Both the position numbers and the translations under genes were made by a program. A model generated the notes under the pieces. The model did no database searches and was not told the DNA's origin. It was given only the letters and a program-made list of their open reading frames with translations. A stretch of 63,898 nucleotides of DNA, counting the filler, from Choristocarpus tenellus KU-1152 (lineage: Eukaryota; Protista; Phaeophyceae), in NCBI GenBank assembly GCA_964200185.2. It is 9 parts of 9 records of this genome, joined end to end, with 100 filler letters (N's around TTAATTAATTAA, not from the genome) between each part and the next. Parts side by side here need not be neighbours in the genome. Positions count along the whole stretch, not along the records: positions 61,350 to 63,898 come from CAXNAD020026862.1; 8 more parts are not named here. The stretch is one strand, 5' to 3'. Within the stretch, counting starts at the first letter, position 1; each line of letters begins with the position of its first letter. Positions 63,684 to 63,898 of this stretch are shown here, piece after piece.

Positions 63684-63898
63684 ATCTGAGCCTATAGTTC
63701 AATAACGAATATCAATAGACATTTTTTTCTCTCGAAATACTCTGCATTGCCAGCCAAAACAAATTGACCCACCAACAACATATCCTATCAGCCCTGTGTA
63801 TATCAGTATTCCAATCACATAAATTTCAAGGAATGAACAGGCAAAAGAATCGTGTAAATTTGAAAATAAAAAATAGTCCAGACCCAAAGTATCTGGGG

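Noticed and set aside
259-63887. Most short ORFs in the supplied six-frame track
   Set aside because: They are intronic, antisense or low-complexity frames (e.g. NPNPNP/LGLGL from telomeric repeats). The real genes are spliced and only partly overlap these ORFs.

Overview
Intron-rich eukaryotic genomic DNA. It is most likely from a brown alga or a related ochrophyte; this is inferred from a signal-peptide + AF plastid presequence, TTAGGG repeats and a brown-algal-style multi-TM gene family. The window is a mosaic of contigs joined by eight ~100-bp N-TTAATTAATTAA-N linkers, so adjacency across gaps is not reliable. Six spliced host genes can be reconstructed: a complete 11-exon PP2C phosphatase (-), the 5' part of a plastid-targeted ABC1 kinase (-), an EamA/DMT transporter (-), casein kinase II beta (-), the 3' end of a multi-TM membrane protein (+) and an internal part of a PHD-finger chromatin protein (+). 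The intergenic and intronic space holds three related MITE families sharing a GRNNNAAAGTA terminus and 3-bp TSDs (PIF/Harbinger-like). It also holds an intron-containing Sola-like transposase pseudogene, RTE- and RLE-type LINE fragments and decayed unknown ORFs. The most unusual unexplained structure is a dense swarm of short TTAGGG/CCCTAA tracts in both orientations in 34.9-43.7 kb, some sitting between direct repeats. There is also a CpG-island-like contrast between gene 5' ends and gene bodies. No rRNA, tRNA or CRISPR array was recognised, and all family assignments are from motif recognition by eye.
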